The translations under genes and the position numbers were made by a program. From sequence record SRR20825010_381: a stretch of DNA of 20,000 nt; one strand, written 5' to 3'. Under the pieces are notes generated by a model. The model worked only from the letters and a program-made list of their open reading frames with translations, was not told the origin of the DNA and did no database searches. Below, in pieces: positions 1-7,939 of the stretch; within the stretch, counting starts at the first letter, position 1; every line of letters begins with the position of its first letter.

Positions 1-1
1 A

Positions 2-1144
2 CGCAGGCATATCCAGTCGTTCGTTGATCGTTTCAAGGCCAAGGCCAGTAAAGCCAAGCAGGCCCAAAGCCGCCTGAAAGCGCTTGAACGCATGAAGCCT
101 ATCGCCACCATGGTTGAGGCCCATACCGTCCCGTTCCGTTTCCCGAAGCCCGATCCCCTGTCCTCCCCGCTTGTTGCACTTGAAGAAGCCAGCGTGGGGT
201 ATGAGGAAGGTAACCCTATCCTCAAGAAGCTGGACCTGCGGGTTGACATGGATGATCGCATCGCCCTTCTTGGTGCGAACGGCAACGGCAAGTCTACATT
301 CGCGAAGTTGATTGCGGACAAGCTCAAGCCCATGGAAGGCAAGATGCGCAAGTCGCGCGTGCTGAAGGTTGGTTATTTTGCGCAGCATCAGCTCGACGAG
401 CTTGTGGCTAAAACCTCCCCGCTCAACCACCTTCAAAAAATGATGCCGGATGCTATCGAAGCCAAAGTGCGGGCCCGCCTTGGGTCTTTTGGCTTTGGTG
501 CGGATAAAGCCGACCGCCCTGTAGAATCACTCTCTGGTGGTGAAAAAGCGCGGCTGATGTTCGCGCTGGCCACGTTTGAAGCGCCGCAACTTATCATCCT
601 TGATGAACCCACAAACCACCTGGATGTGGACAGCCGCGAAGCGCTTATCCATGCCATCAATGAATATGATGGCGCTGTGTTGCTGATCAGCCACGACAGG
701 CACTTGGTGGAAGCATGCGTTGACAGGCTCTGGATCGTTGAAAAAGGCGACGTGAAACGTTTTGACGGTGATCTGGAAGATTACAAGCAGCACCTTCTCA
801 AGGAACGCTCCGGCGAACGTGCGGAGCGCCGTGGCCCCAAGCAGGAAAATCAAAAAAAGGCTGCCCGCCAAAACGCCGCTGAGCTCAGGCGACAGCTTGC
901 GCCTTATCGCCGTGCGGCAGAACGCGCGGAAGCGACCCTTGAGAAGCTTATTGCCGACAAAGAGCGGGTCGATAATCGCCTTGCGGACCCAAAGCTTTAT
1001 GAGCCGGGCCAGGAAGATAAAGTCGCCAAGCTTTCCAAGATGGGTGCAGAACTAACGGCTCAGATTACTGAAGCCGAAGATGCCTGGATGGCAGCGGAAG
1101 AAGCCTACACAAATGCTCAAGACGCTGTGAATAACGCGTCATAG
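2..1144 (+). CDS. ABC-F family ATPase (YheS-like), 5' end outside the window
   Basis: The frame is open from base 2 (RRHIQSFVDRFKAKASKAKQAQSRLKALERM, a typical ABC-F inter-domain linker), so the ATG at 92 is internal. The second NBD has Walker A GANGNGKS, signature LSGGE, Walker B/D-loop LILDEPTNHLD and H-loop SHDR. There is a coiled-coil C-terminal extension and no TM segments. Confidence 0.93.
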   Translation, partial: RRHIQSFVDRFKAKASKAKQAQSRLKALERMKPIATMVEAHTVPFRFPKPDPLSSPLVALEEASVGYEEGNPILKKLDLRVDMDDRIALLGANGNGKSTFAKLIADKLKPMEGKMRKSRVLKVGYFAQHQLDELVAKTSPLNHLQKMMPDAIEAKVRARLGSFGFGADKADRPVESLSGGEKARLMFALATFEAPQLIILDEPTNHLDVDSREALIHAINEYDGAVLLISHDRHLVEACVDRLWIVEKGDVKRFDGDLEDYKQHLLKERSGERAERRGPKQENQKKAARQNAAELRRQLAPYRRAAERAEATLEKLIADKERVDNRLADPKLYEPGQEDKVAKLSKMGAELTAQITEAEDAWMAAEEAYTNAQDAVNNAS

Positions 1145-1147
1145 GGC

Positions 1148-1178
1148 TTGACCTTCCCGATAGCTCTGGTCCTATTGG
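1148..1178 (+). promoter_or_regulatory. Candidate sigma70 promoter with a 19-bp spacer (MerR-type geometry) for the DUF417 gene
   Basis: -35 TTGACC (1148-1153), 19-bp spacer TTCCCGATAGCTCTGGTCC, -10-like TATTGG (1173-1178). GACC (1150-1153) and GGTC (1168-1171) form only a partial dyad. Confidence 0.35.
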
Positions 1179-1215
1179 TCCTACTTAGAGGTTAGGCGTC
1201 AATGAGGGGCACTCC

Positions 1216-2064
1216 ATGATTTCCGCTATCGAACGGCTACGGCCAACCCGTGGCTTCACCGAGCTTTTTGTAACACTATCGCTCGCGCTTCTTCTTATCT
1301 GGTTTGGCTTGATGAATATCTCAGGCGCATCAGGCGGCATTGTGGAACGCTGGATCAAGGGCCACATGTTTCTGAGCGGCCTACTGCCTCACAAAACCTA
1401 TATCATGTGGGGCATTGGTGGGCTGCAGGCGCTCTCTGGATTGCTGATAGCCCTGCACTCGGTGCCAGATAACATCAAACGCCTCGCCTACATGTTCACA
1501 GCCCTCTATAGCCTTGGCGCACTTAGCCTAATGCTCACCAACCCTGTTTGGATTGACAGCCTTGGCGGTTTTCCTGCCATTGGTGCTGGGCAAGGCATCA
1601 TCAAATATCTAACCCTGCTGGGCCTCGCGATGTGGCGGCTGGGCAGCCGTCACGCTGAAACGGTCATGCTGGTCGGTCTGATCGTCGTGCTTGCCTGGAT
1701 AGGTGGTATGAAATTTACCAGCCCCGAAGCAGATGGTGTTGATCCCCTCCTCAAAACCAGCCCGGTGTTCAACTGGTGGCTCACCGCCTACTTCACCAAA
1801 CAAGGTGCCTCGAATGTGATTGGAGTGATCGAGCTGATCACGGTCGCTCTTTTGACGGGGTATTGGTGGAACAAGCGCCTGTTCACGCTGGGGCTATTTT
1901 TATGTGCTGTAACATTCATCACCACACTTAGCTTCATGGTGAGCTTTGCCCCGACATGGCACAGCACTATGGGCGGGTTCCCATACCTTAGTTCATCGGG
2001 GCACTTTCTCTTGAAAGACTTGGCCCTGCTTGCGGCAACGTTTGTGTTAGCGTCGAGGCGCTAG
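1216..2064 (+). CDS. Tandem (double) DUF417 / YkgB(RclC)-like inner-membrane protein
   Basis: The C-terminal half has DUF417 hallmarks WIGGMKFTSPEA, SPVFNWW, IGVIE, TTLSF and GGFPYLSSSGHFLLKDL. The N-terminal half repeats them in degenerate form (WFGLMN, IGGLQ, LSLMLTNPVW, GGFPAIGAGQGIIKYL). Multiple hydrophobic helices; SD GAGGGG at 1204-1209. Confidence 0.85.
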   Translation: MISAIERLRPTRGFTELFVTLSLALLLIWFGLMNISGASGGIVERWIKGHMFLSGLLPHKTYIMWGIGGLQALSGLLIALHSVPDNIKRLAYMFTALYSLGALSLMLTNPVWIDSLGGFPAIGAGQGIIKYLTLLGLAMWRLGSRHAETVMLVGLIVVLAWIGGMKFTSPEADGVDPLLKTSPVFNWWLTAYFTKQGASNVIGVIELITVALLTGYWWNKRLFTLGLFLCAVTFITTLSFMVSFAPTWHSTMGGFPYLSSSGHFLLKDLALLAATFVLASRR

Positions 2065-2863
2065 CCCCCCATCGCGCTGTAATATCGGCTTGTACCGAGG
2101 TCTGAATGGCGACGGTATAATGGTTCGCCCCTTCCACCGGCACAAAAGCATCGTCAGGGCCCAAATAATCTTTCAAACCTTCACCGGACGCGAAGGGGAC
2201 TACCTCGTCAGCGGTTCCGTGGTAGATCACCACATGCCCCGGGGCCTCGGCAAGTTTCTCATCGCTCCTGAGCGGATAATTTGTCAGAAACTCTGGTAGG
2301 AACGGATAGCGACGCGACGCCATATCAACGACTGATTTCATCGGCGCAAACAGAATGACGTTACCGGCAGCCCTCGCCGCTGCCACATGGCTCGCGAAAG
2401 TCGTACCCATGGAATAACCAACAACACGCACGTTTTGGTCACCATAGTTGTCCCTGCCCCAATCGAACCAACGCTCAGCATCGTCAAGCAAGCTTGCTTC
2501 AGACAACTCACCACGGCTTTTTCCAAAACCACGATAGTCCATGGAGAGAACATCATACCCCATACCAAGGAACAACCGGGCCATACGCTCAGACCCTGAA
2601 ACGTTACCCGCGTTTCCCTTATAGTAAACCACAAGCTCGCGGGCTTTCTTGCCCTCATCAGCTTTGAACAAAACCCCATGCAAATGGCCACCCTGACTAC
2701 TCAGCCAAACATCTTCGGTACTTGCATTGAAATGATACCGGTGGGTGTCGGGAACCGGTGCGAAGTGGAACATCAGATGTTCCTGAAAAAAATATGCCGT
2801 TGCTGCAATCAGCAGATATCCGCTAACGACAAAACTCAAACTCCATTTCACAAACTTGTACAT
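1988..2863 (-). CDS. Alpha/beta hydrolase with N-terminal membrane anchor (YfhR/ABHD13-like); true 3' end may be 2061
   Basis: N-terminal hydrophobic helix, YYKGNAGN oxyanion region, DYRGFGKS, nucleophile elbow GYSMG, acid HGTADEVVP and catalytic His GANH. The last ~25 codons overlap the convergent DUF417 gene. Confidence 0.85.
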   Translation of the reverse strand: MYKFVKWSLSFVVSGYLLIAATAYFFQEHLMFHFAPVPDTHRYHFNASTEDVWLSSQGGHLHGVLFKADEGKKARELVVYYKGNAGNVSGSERMARLFLGMGYDVLSMDYRGFGKSRGELSEASLLDDAERWFDWGRDNYGDQNVRVVGYSMGTTFASHVAAARAAGNVILFAPMKSVVDMASRRYPFLPEFLTNYPLRSDEKLAEAPGHVVIYHGTADEVVPFASGEGLKDYLGPDDAFVPVEGANHYTVAIQTSVQADITARWGASASTLTQTLPQAGPSLSRESAPMN

Positions 2864-3009
2864 ACGGGACGCCTCGCCTTGCTGCTGGGCTATTACACAC
2901 GTCCTCCCCTATCAGTTCAGCTTAGATGCGAATCGTAAAGAAACTGTAACGTCCTCAACCAAGCGAACGGTTCCATCATGGTGTGAAATTATGGCAAAGC
3001 CTTGGCGGC

Positions 3010-3465
3010 TTAATGGCGGGAGTAGATATCCGGCACAGAGATTTCCATCATAACAGCCGGGTTGGTGAGGCTTGTAAAACCCACCTGTTTGTATAGCGTG
3101 TGCATATCGCTTGTGGCCAGCATCATCCGCCTGAGCCCCTGCAGGTCATCATGCGCCATGATCATATCCATCATCCAGCGGCCCAGGCCCTTACCACGAC
3201 AACTATCAGCGAGATATACATCCGCCAGATAAGCAAACGTGGCGCGGTCTGTGATCATGCGGGCGCATCCGACTTGGGCACCATCCCGCTGGAAGACACC
3301 AAAGGAAAGAGAATTTTTGAAGCTTTGCTCGACAATCTTGAGCGGAATTCCTTTCGCCCAATAAGTGTCGGTGAGCCAGCTATGGACGAGCGGCATGTCA
3401 AAAAGGCTGAGATCAGTTGAGATGAAATATGGCAATGAGCTATGCGTTGAGGAAGACTTGCTCAC
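3010..3465 (-). CDS. GNAT family N-acetyltransferase (151 aa; GTG start overlapping the holC stop)
   Basis: Typical GNAT sequence ISTD...YWAKGIP...QVGCARMITDRATFAYLADVY, acetyl-CoA loop RGKGLG and LYKQVGF. GTG at 3465-3463 shares GTGA with the holC TGA, with GGGAG ~9 nt upstream. The ORF-track start at 3543 lies deep inside holC and is unlikely. Confidence 0.88.
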   Translation of the reverse strand: MSKSSSTHSSLPYFISTDLSLFDMPLVHSWLTDTYWAKGIPLKIVEQSFKNSLSFGVFQRDGAQVGCARMITDRATFAYLADVYLADSCRGKGLGRWMMDMIMAHDDLQGLRRMMLATSDMHTLYKQVGFTSLTNPAVMMEISVPDIYSRH

Positions 3466-3911
3466 GCTTTCTGCTCCCAACCACCCATCTCCCGCTGTTG
3501 CCAGTAGGACATTTCGCCTTCCATGCTTTTGAAACCCTTCCACGCCTCACGTGCGGCAGCAACGACGTCTTCATTGCGCCCGTCAAACATATAAAGGCAG
3601 CGGTCGTAGTCGGCGACATCTGGGCTGGCCACAGCATCAATCAACACAAGAACGGAAGCGCCGTTTACCTTCTCGTCCCCTGTCGTCAGGTAAAGCATCT
3701 GTTCATCAGGGTGCTCACACCCTTCCATGTCGTGAGGCAGGAAGCTTGCAGGATCGTAATCCCACAAGACTTTGTTCAAGGTTTCCATCATGCCGCGGTC
3801 AGGCACTTTGATATGGGCACTAAGCCCGGCATCAACGACCCGCTCCATCAGCTTGGGAAGGGCTTCCTCAAGCGTTTGCCGCTGCAAATGATAGAACCGT
3901 ATGTCCGCCAC
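3462..3911 (-). CDS. holC: DNA polymerase III subunit chi
   Basis: IRFYHLQR, LWDYDPASFLPH, AAAREAWK and a C-terminal YWQQ..GGW typical of alphaproteobacterial HolC; directly downstream of pepA; GTG start. Confidence 0.93.
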   Translation of the reverse strand: MADIRFYHLQRQTLEEALPKLMERVVDAGLSAHIKVPDRGMMETLNKVLWDYDPASFLPHDMEGCEHPDEQMLYLTTGDEKVNGASVLVLIDAVASPDVADYDRCLYMFDGRNEDVVAAAREAWKGFKSMEGEMSYWQQREMGGWEQKA

Positions 3912-3916
3912 AGGGC

Positions 3917-5383
3917 TTATCCCTCGTAATTATCCGCCACGAAGCGGTCCAGCAGGCGTACGCCGTATCCTGTGCCGCCCTTTTCTGAGAGTGGCAGGTC
4001 TTTCTCGGACCAGACAGTGCCTGCAATATCGATGTGACACCATGGAATGTCGTTGGTAAACCGGCGCAGGAATTGTGCGGCCGTAATGGAGCCCGCAGCG
4101 CGGCCGCCGATGTTCTTCATATCAGCGATTGGGCAGTCAATCAGCTTGTCATAGTTTTTATGAAGCGGAAGGCGCCACACTTTGTCACCTGTTGTGCCGC
4201 CAGCAGCTTCAAGCTGCTTCGCAAGCGTATCGTCATCAGTGAAGATGCCTGCGTGTTCATGACCCAATGTGATGATGATCGCACCGGTCAATGTAGCCAA
4301 ATCCACCATAAACTTAGGCTTAAACCGTTCCTGGCAGTACCAAAGCGCATCAGCGAGAACCAAACGACCCTCAGCATCTGTGTTTAGAATTTCAATGGTT
4401 TGGCCTGACATTGATGTAACCACGTCACCTGGGCGCTGGGCGTTGCCTGATGGCATGTTTTCAACTAGCCCCACAATCGCCACCACATTTACTTTTGCCT
4501 TGCGGCCAGCCAGAGCCTTCATCAGGCCAACGACTGTGCCTGCACCGCCCATATCCCACTTCATCTGCTCCATGCCCTCACCGGGCTTGAGCGAGATACC
4601 GCCAGTATCAAAGGTTACACCCTTGCCTACAAAGCTGATTGGCGCTTCGCCCTCAGCACCACCATTCCATACCATAATAGCAAGCTGGCTTTCGCGATCG
4701 GAGCCTTGGCCTACGCCCAGAAGGGCACCCATACCAAGCTTGGTCATTTCTGCCTCGCCAAGCACTTCTACTTCCACACCCAGCTCTGTCAGCTCGTTTA
4801 TGCGCTCAGAGAAGCTAGCAGGGTAAAGCACGTTGGCGGGCTCTGATACGAGGTCACGAGTGAGAAACACACCGTCGATCACAGCTTTGCGTGCAGCGAA
4901 AGCGCTCGCCGCATCCGATGCAGCACCTGAGACCGTCAGGGCCTTCAGTGTAGGCTTTTTGCTTTCTGGCTCTTTAGTGCGGTATTTGTCAAATCGGTAG
5001 GAGCGCAGAAGGGCGCCTTCCGCCAACGCAAGTGCATCAGCACCATTCGCGTCAGCAACGACGGTCGCTTCTGAGCTGCCAGAACCAAGGAGTGCTGCGG
5101 CGACTGCTGCACCGGTCTCAACCCAGTCTTGCGCAACCGATTTCCCCGTTTCACCCACACCAACCAAGAGCACTCGCTCCGCCTCAAGGCCTGAAGGTGC
5201 AACCACTTCAAGGGTCTGTCCTGATGCGCCATTGAATCGGGATGCGGCAGCAGCCTTGGAAAGAGCGCCGTTCGTTTTGCTATCGGCCTCTGCCGCCAGT
5301 CCCGCAAGAGGCTTATCCTTTTCTACCAGAAATGCGACAGCGCCCGATGAGGGCAATTCAAGTGCAGCAAACGAGATTTGCAT
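3917..5383 (-). CDS. pepA: Leucyl aminopeptidase (M17 family)
   Basis: M17 motifs VGKGVTFDTGGISLKP, MKWDMGGA, NTDAEGRL, DLATLTGA and HIDIAGT. Confidence 0.97.
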   Translation of the reverse strand: MQISFAALELPSSGAVAFLVEKDKPLAGLAAEADSKTNGALSKAAAASRFNGASGQTLEVVAPSGLEAERVLLVGVGETGKSVAQDWVETGAAVAAALLGSGSSEATVVADANGADALALAEGALLRSYRFDKYRTKEPESKKPTLKALTVSGAASDAASAFAARKAVIDGVFLTRDLVSEPANVLYPASFSERINELTELGVEVEVLGEAEMTKLGMGALLGVGQGSDRESQLAIMVWNGGAEGEAPISFVGKGVTFDTGGISLKPGEGMEQMKWDMGGAGTVVGLMKALAGRKAKVNVVAIVGLVENMPSGNAQRPGDVVTSMSGQTIEILNTDAEGRLVLADALWYCQERFKPKFMVDLATLTGAIIITLGHEHAGIFTDDDTLAKQLEAAGGTTGDKVWRLPLHKNYDKLIDCPIADMKNIGGRAAGSITAAQFLRRFTNDIPWCHIDIAGTVWSEKDLPLSEKGGTGYGVRLLDRFVADNYEG

Positions 5384-5555
5384 GGGATTCCCTTTTGTCT
5401 TTGATTTTACCTGTCTCAGATTCGCCGTCTCGGCGCCGAAACCAACTTCAACAATCTAATGCCTTTTCTGGCTGTCAGACGCAAGTGGTGCCCGTGAAAT
5501 TGCCACATTTTTCGTCAACAAGGCTCACAAGCGTACTCTTGGGCCATGAACATCG

Positions 5556-5584
5556 TTGCACCGCGTGGACGCAGCCGCTATCAA
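5556..5584 (+). promoter_or_regulatory. Candidate sigma70 promoter for the lptD operon
   Basis: TTGCAC (5556-5561), 17 bp, (GC)TATCAA (5579-5584), matching the alphaproteobacterial TTG-N-GCTAT pattern, ~30 nt before the lptD start. Confidence 0.5.
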
Positions 5585-5613
5585 GGCACAAACTGTAGGG
5601 TGGAACCGCGTCA

Positions 5614-7854
5614 GTGCACAAAAAATCAGTCTCGTCCCATAGATCGCTTATTATAGCAGGATTGCTTGCCTCGTCTGGCTTAGCGACAACGCCCGTTTAC
5701 AGCCAAGGCACACCGGCTGAAGCTGAACGTGTCGAGCTGTCAGCTGACAACCTGATCTATAACGCTGAAACCGGTGAGGTTCGCGCCGTCGGCCGGGTAT
5801 ATCTTGAGCGCGACGGCTACATCCTTGAGGCCGGCGAAGTTATTTATAATGAGCGCACGGGCCGCGCGGAAGCCTATGGTGCCGTTGAACTAACCACGCC
5901 CACAGGCGAACGCATCTTTGCACCCAAAGTCGTGCTTGAAGATGCGCTCAAAACCGCCTTTATTGAGGATATTCGCCTGCTGATGCAAGACGGCGCACAG
6001 GTTGCCGCCGCTGAGGCGAACCGCAATGGTGAAGCCGGCACCATGACACTAAACAAGGCGGTTTACAGTCCTTGCAAGGTTTGCGCTGATGATAGCGGCA
6101 AAGACCCGCTCTGGCAGATCAAGGCCGTCAAGGTCACCCACGACCGTGAGAAACGTCGCCTATACTATGATGATGCCACGCTTGAGGTATTTGGCGTACC
6201 AGTATTGTGGACCCCTTATTTCTCGCACCCCGACCCAACAGTTGACCGAGCAAGCGGGCTTTTACCTCTCGACATTCAAACAAGTAAGAACCTGGGTTTC
6301 GTAGCCGCCATTCCATACTATCACGTGTTCAACGATAGTATTGACGCCACGATCAAGCCCATCTTCACTACAAAAGAAGGTTTGGTCCTTGCAGGAGAAT
6401 ACCGCCAACACCTCGGCTTTGGTCAGTATGAAGCGGATGGCAGTATTACCTATACCGACGGCCGCGACGATAATGGTGTTTTAACCGGCAACAAGGAGTT
6501 CCGCGGCCATATAAGCTCTGATGGCCTGTTCAACCATTCAAAGCGTTGGCGGTCCACCTATCAGCTCAATTGGGCATCTGACGATACATACTTGAGGCGC
6601 TACGACCTATCGGACGCTGATACACTGGTAAGCGAATATAAGCTCGAGGGCTTTTATGACCGTTCTTATCTCTCGGTCCGCACTGTTGGTTTTCAGGGGC
6701 TGAGAGTTGAGGATGAAGCGGGCCTTACCGGCCACGCCCTACCCTTGCTGGACGCAGAGTATATTCCTTCATTCTCGCCCTTCGGCGGCACCATAAGTGT
6801 TAAAGGGAACGCGCTCGCTCTTCAAAGGAGCGATGGCCTGGACACTCAACGCGTTTCACTGTCCGCCAGTTGGCAGCGACGCTGGATTACACCAAAAGGC
6901 TTTGTTGTTGATGTTGAAGCTTATGCCCGCTCTGAGGCTTATAAGCTGAGCGATATCGATAGGCCCGACGACCCCTCTTTCGCGGGTACCTTTGGGGGTG
7001 ACAGTGGCAGTGAATGGCGAAACCTTGTGCGCGCTACTGGAACTGTTACATGGCCTTTGGTGAAGTTCACCGACAGTGGAACACACACAGTCGAGCCTAT
7101 CGTCGAGGTCACTGTTTCTCCGCGGAGGGGAACACCCGACAATATCGTCAACGAAGACAGCCGCGCGTTTGAACTCAACGACCTTAACCTGTTTTCCGCC
7201 GACCGAGCGTCAGGTTATGACCTATGGGAAGAAGGAAGCCGTGTCACATACGGTATGCAGTGGCGGTATGACGGTAAGGACTGGGGTGCTGATGTTATGC
7301 TGGGACAGTCATGGCGCATTAGCGGTACCGCAATGGTCTTTGCCGACGGTGCCGGTCTCGAAGGCGACCTGTCAAATATCGTCGGCCGAACCCGCATACG
7401 CTACAAAGACTGGCTAAACTTTGAACATCGCTACAGGGTCGATGAGCAGACATTCGCGGTGCAGCGAAACGAAATATCAGTAAGTGCAAACGGCGCTACT
7501 GTTGGCATGTATGCGGGCTATCTGAAGCTCGACCGCGACATGACAATCGTTACCCGCGAAGATAGGGAGGAGCTCCGCGCCGGGGCGTACTATAACCTCA
7601 ACGAGAACTGGCGTATTGATGGCGGCTTCATTCACCGACTTTCCGGTGCGCGGCTTGCAACTCTTGATACGGCCACCGGGTCCACAGTATATGTGCAGGA
7701 AGAAAGCGGCGGCGTGAAATACGATATCGGCCTCTCCTACACCAACGAATGTATCGAGCTTGGCTTACGCTGGCGTGAGACCTTCACCCGGGACCGCGAC
7801 GTCGAACCCGGAACTTCCATTATGTTCCGGCTTAAATTAAAGAATTTGGGCTAG
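5614..7854 (+). CDS. lptD: LPS-assembly outer-membrane protein LptD
   Basis: Signal peptide, N-terminal beta-jellyroll (LSADNLIY, AVGRVYL), YSPCKVC..PLWQIKA, PYFSHPDPTVDRASGLL, NEDS, NLFSADRASGYD and C-terminal NECIE...FRLKLKNLG; followed by surA-pdxA-rsmA. GTG start. Confidence 0.95.
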   Translation: MHKKSVSSHRSLIIAGLLASSGLATTPVYSQGTPAEAERVELSADNLIYNAETGEVRAVGRVYLERDGYILEAGEVIYNERTGRAEAYGAVELTTPTGERIFAPKVVLEDALKTAFIEDIRLLMQDGAQVAAAEANRNGEAGTMTLNKAVYSPCKVCADDSGKDPLWQIKAVKVTHDREKRRLYYDDATLEVFGVPVLWTPYFSHPDPTVDRASGLLPLDIQTSKNLGFVAAIPYYHVFNDSIDATIKPIFTTKEGLVLAGEYRQHLGFGQYEADGSITYTDGRDDNGVLTGNKEFRGHISSDGLFNHSKRWRSTYQLNWASDDTYLRRYDLSDADTLVSEYKLEGFYDRSYLSVRTVGFQGLRVEDEAGLTGHALPLLDAEYIPSFSPFGGTISVKGNALALQRSDGLDTQRVSLSASWQRRWITPKGFVVDVEAYARSEAYKLSDIDRPDDPSFAGTFGGDSGSEWRNLVRATGTVTWPLVKFTDSGTHTVEPIVEVTVSPRRGTPDNIVNEDSRAFELNDLNLFSADRASGYDLWEEGSRVTYGMQWRYDGKDWGADVMLGQSWRISGTAMVFADGAGLEGDLSNIVGRTRIRYKDWLNFEHRYRVDEQTFAVQRNEISVSANGATVGMYAGYLKLDRDMTIVTREDREELRAGAYYNLNENWRIDGGFIHRLSGARLATLDTATGSTVYVQEESGGVKYDIGLSYTNECIELGLRWRETFTRDRDVEPGTSIMFRLKLKNLG

Positions 7855-7939
7855 TGCATTGCCTCGAAAGCGTCTAAAAGGCTAACCATACTGAGCGGCA
7901 ACGACCCGTTTGAAATTATTTGAAATGTAAAGTTTGGGC

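Noticed and set aside
92..94. ORF-track start of the ABC-F gene
   Set aside because: The frame is open to the window edge and encodes the conserved linker, so this ATG is internal.
2948..2974. GGAAC-N18-CGTT on the minus strand, resembling an EcfG/SigT general-stress promoter
   Set aside because: The spacer is 18 nt versus the usual 16-17, and the site overlaps the direct-repeat interpretation; too weak to call.
3466..3543. N-terminal extension of the GNAT ORF
   Set aside because: It overlaps holC out of frame and is not GNAT-like; the coupled GTG at 3465 with an SD is more plausible.
5386..5423. Two GANTC (CcrM-type) sites upstream of pepA
   Set aside because: Two 5-bp sites without methylome or conservation data cannot support a regulatory claim.
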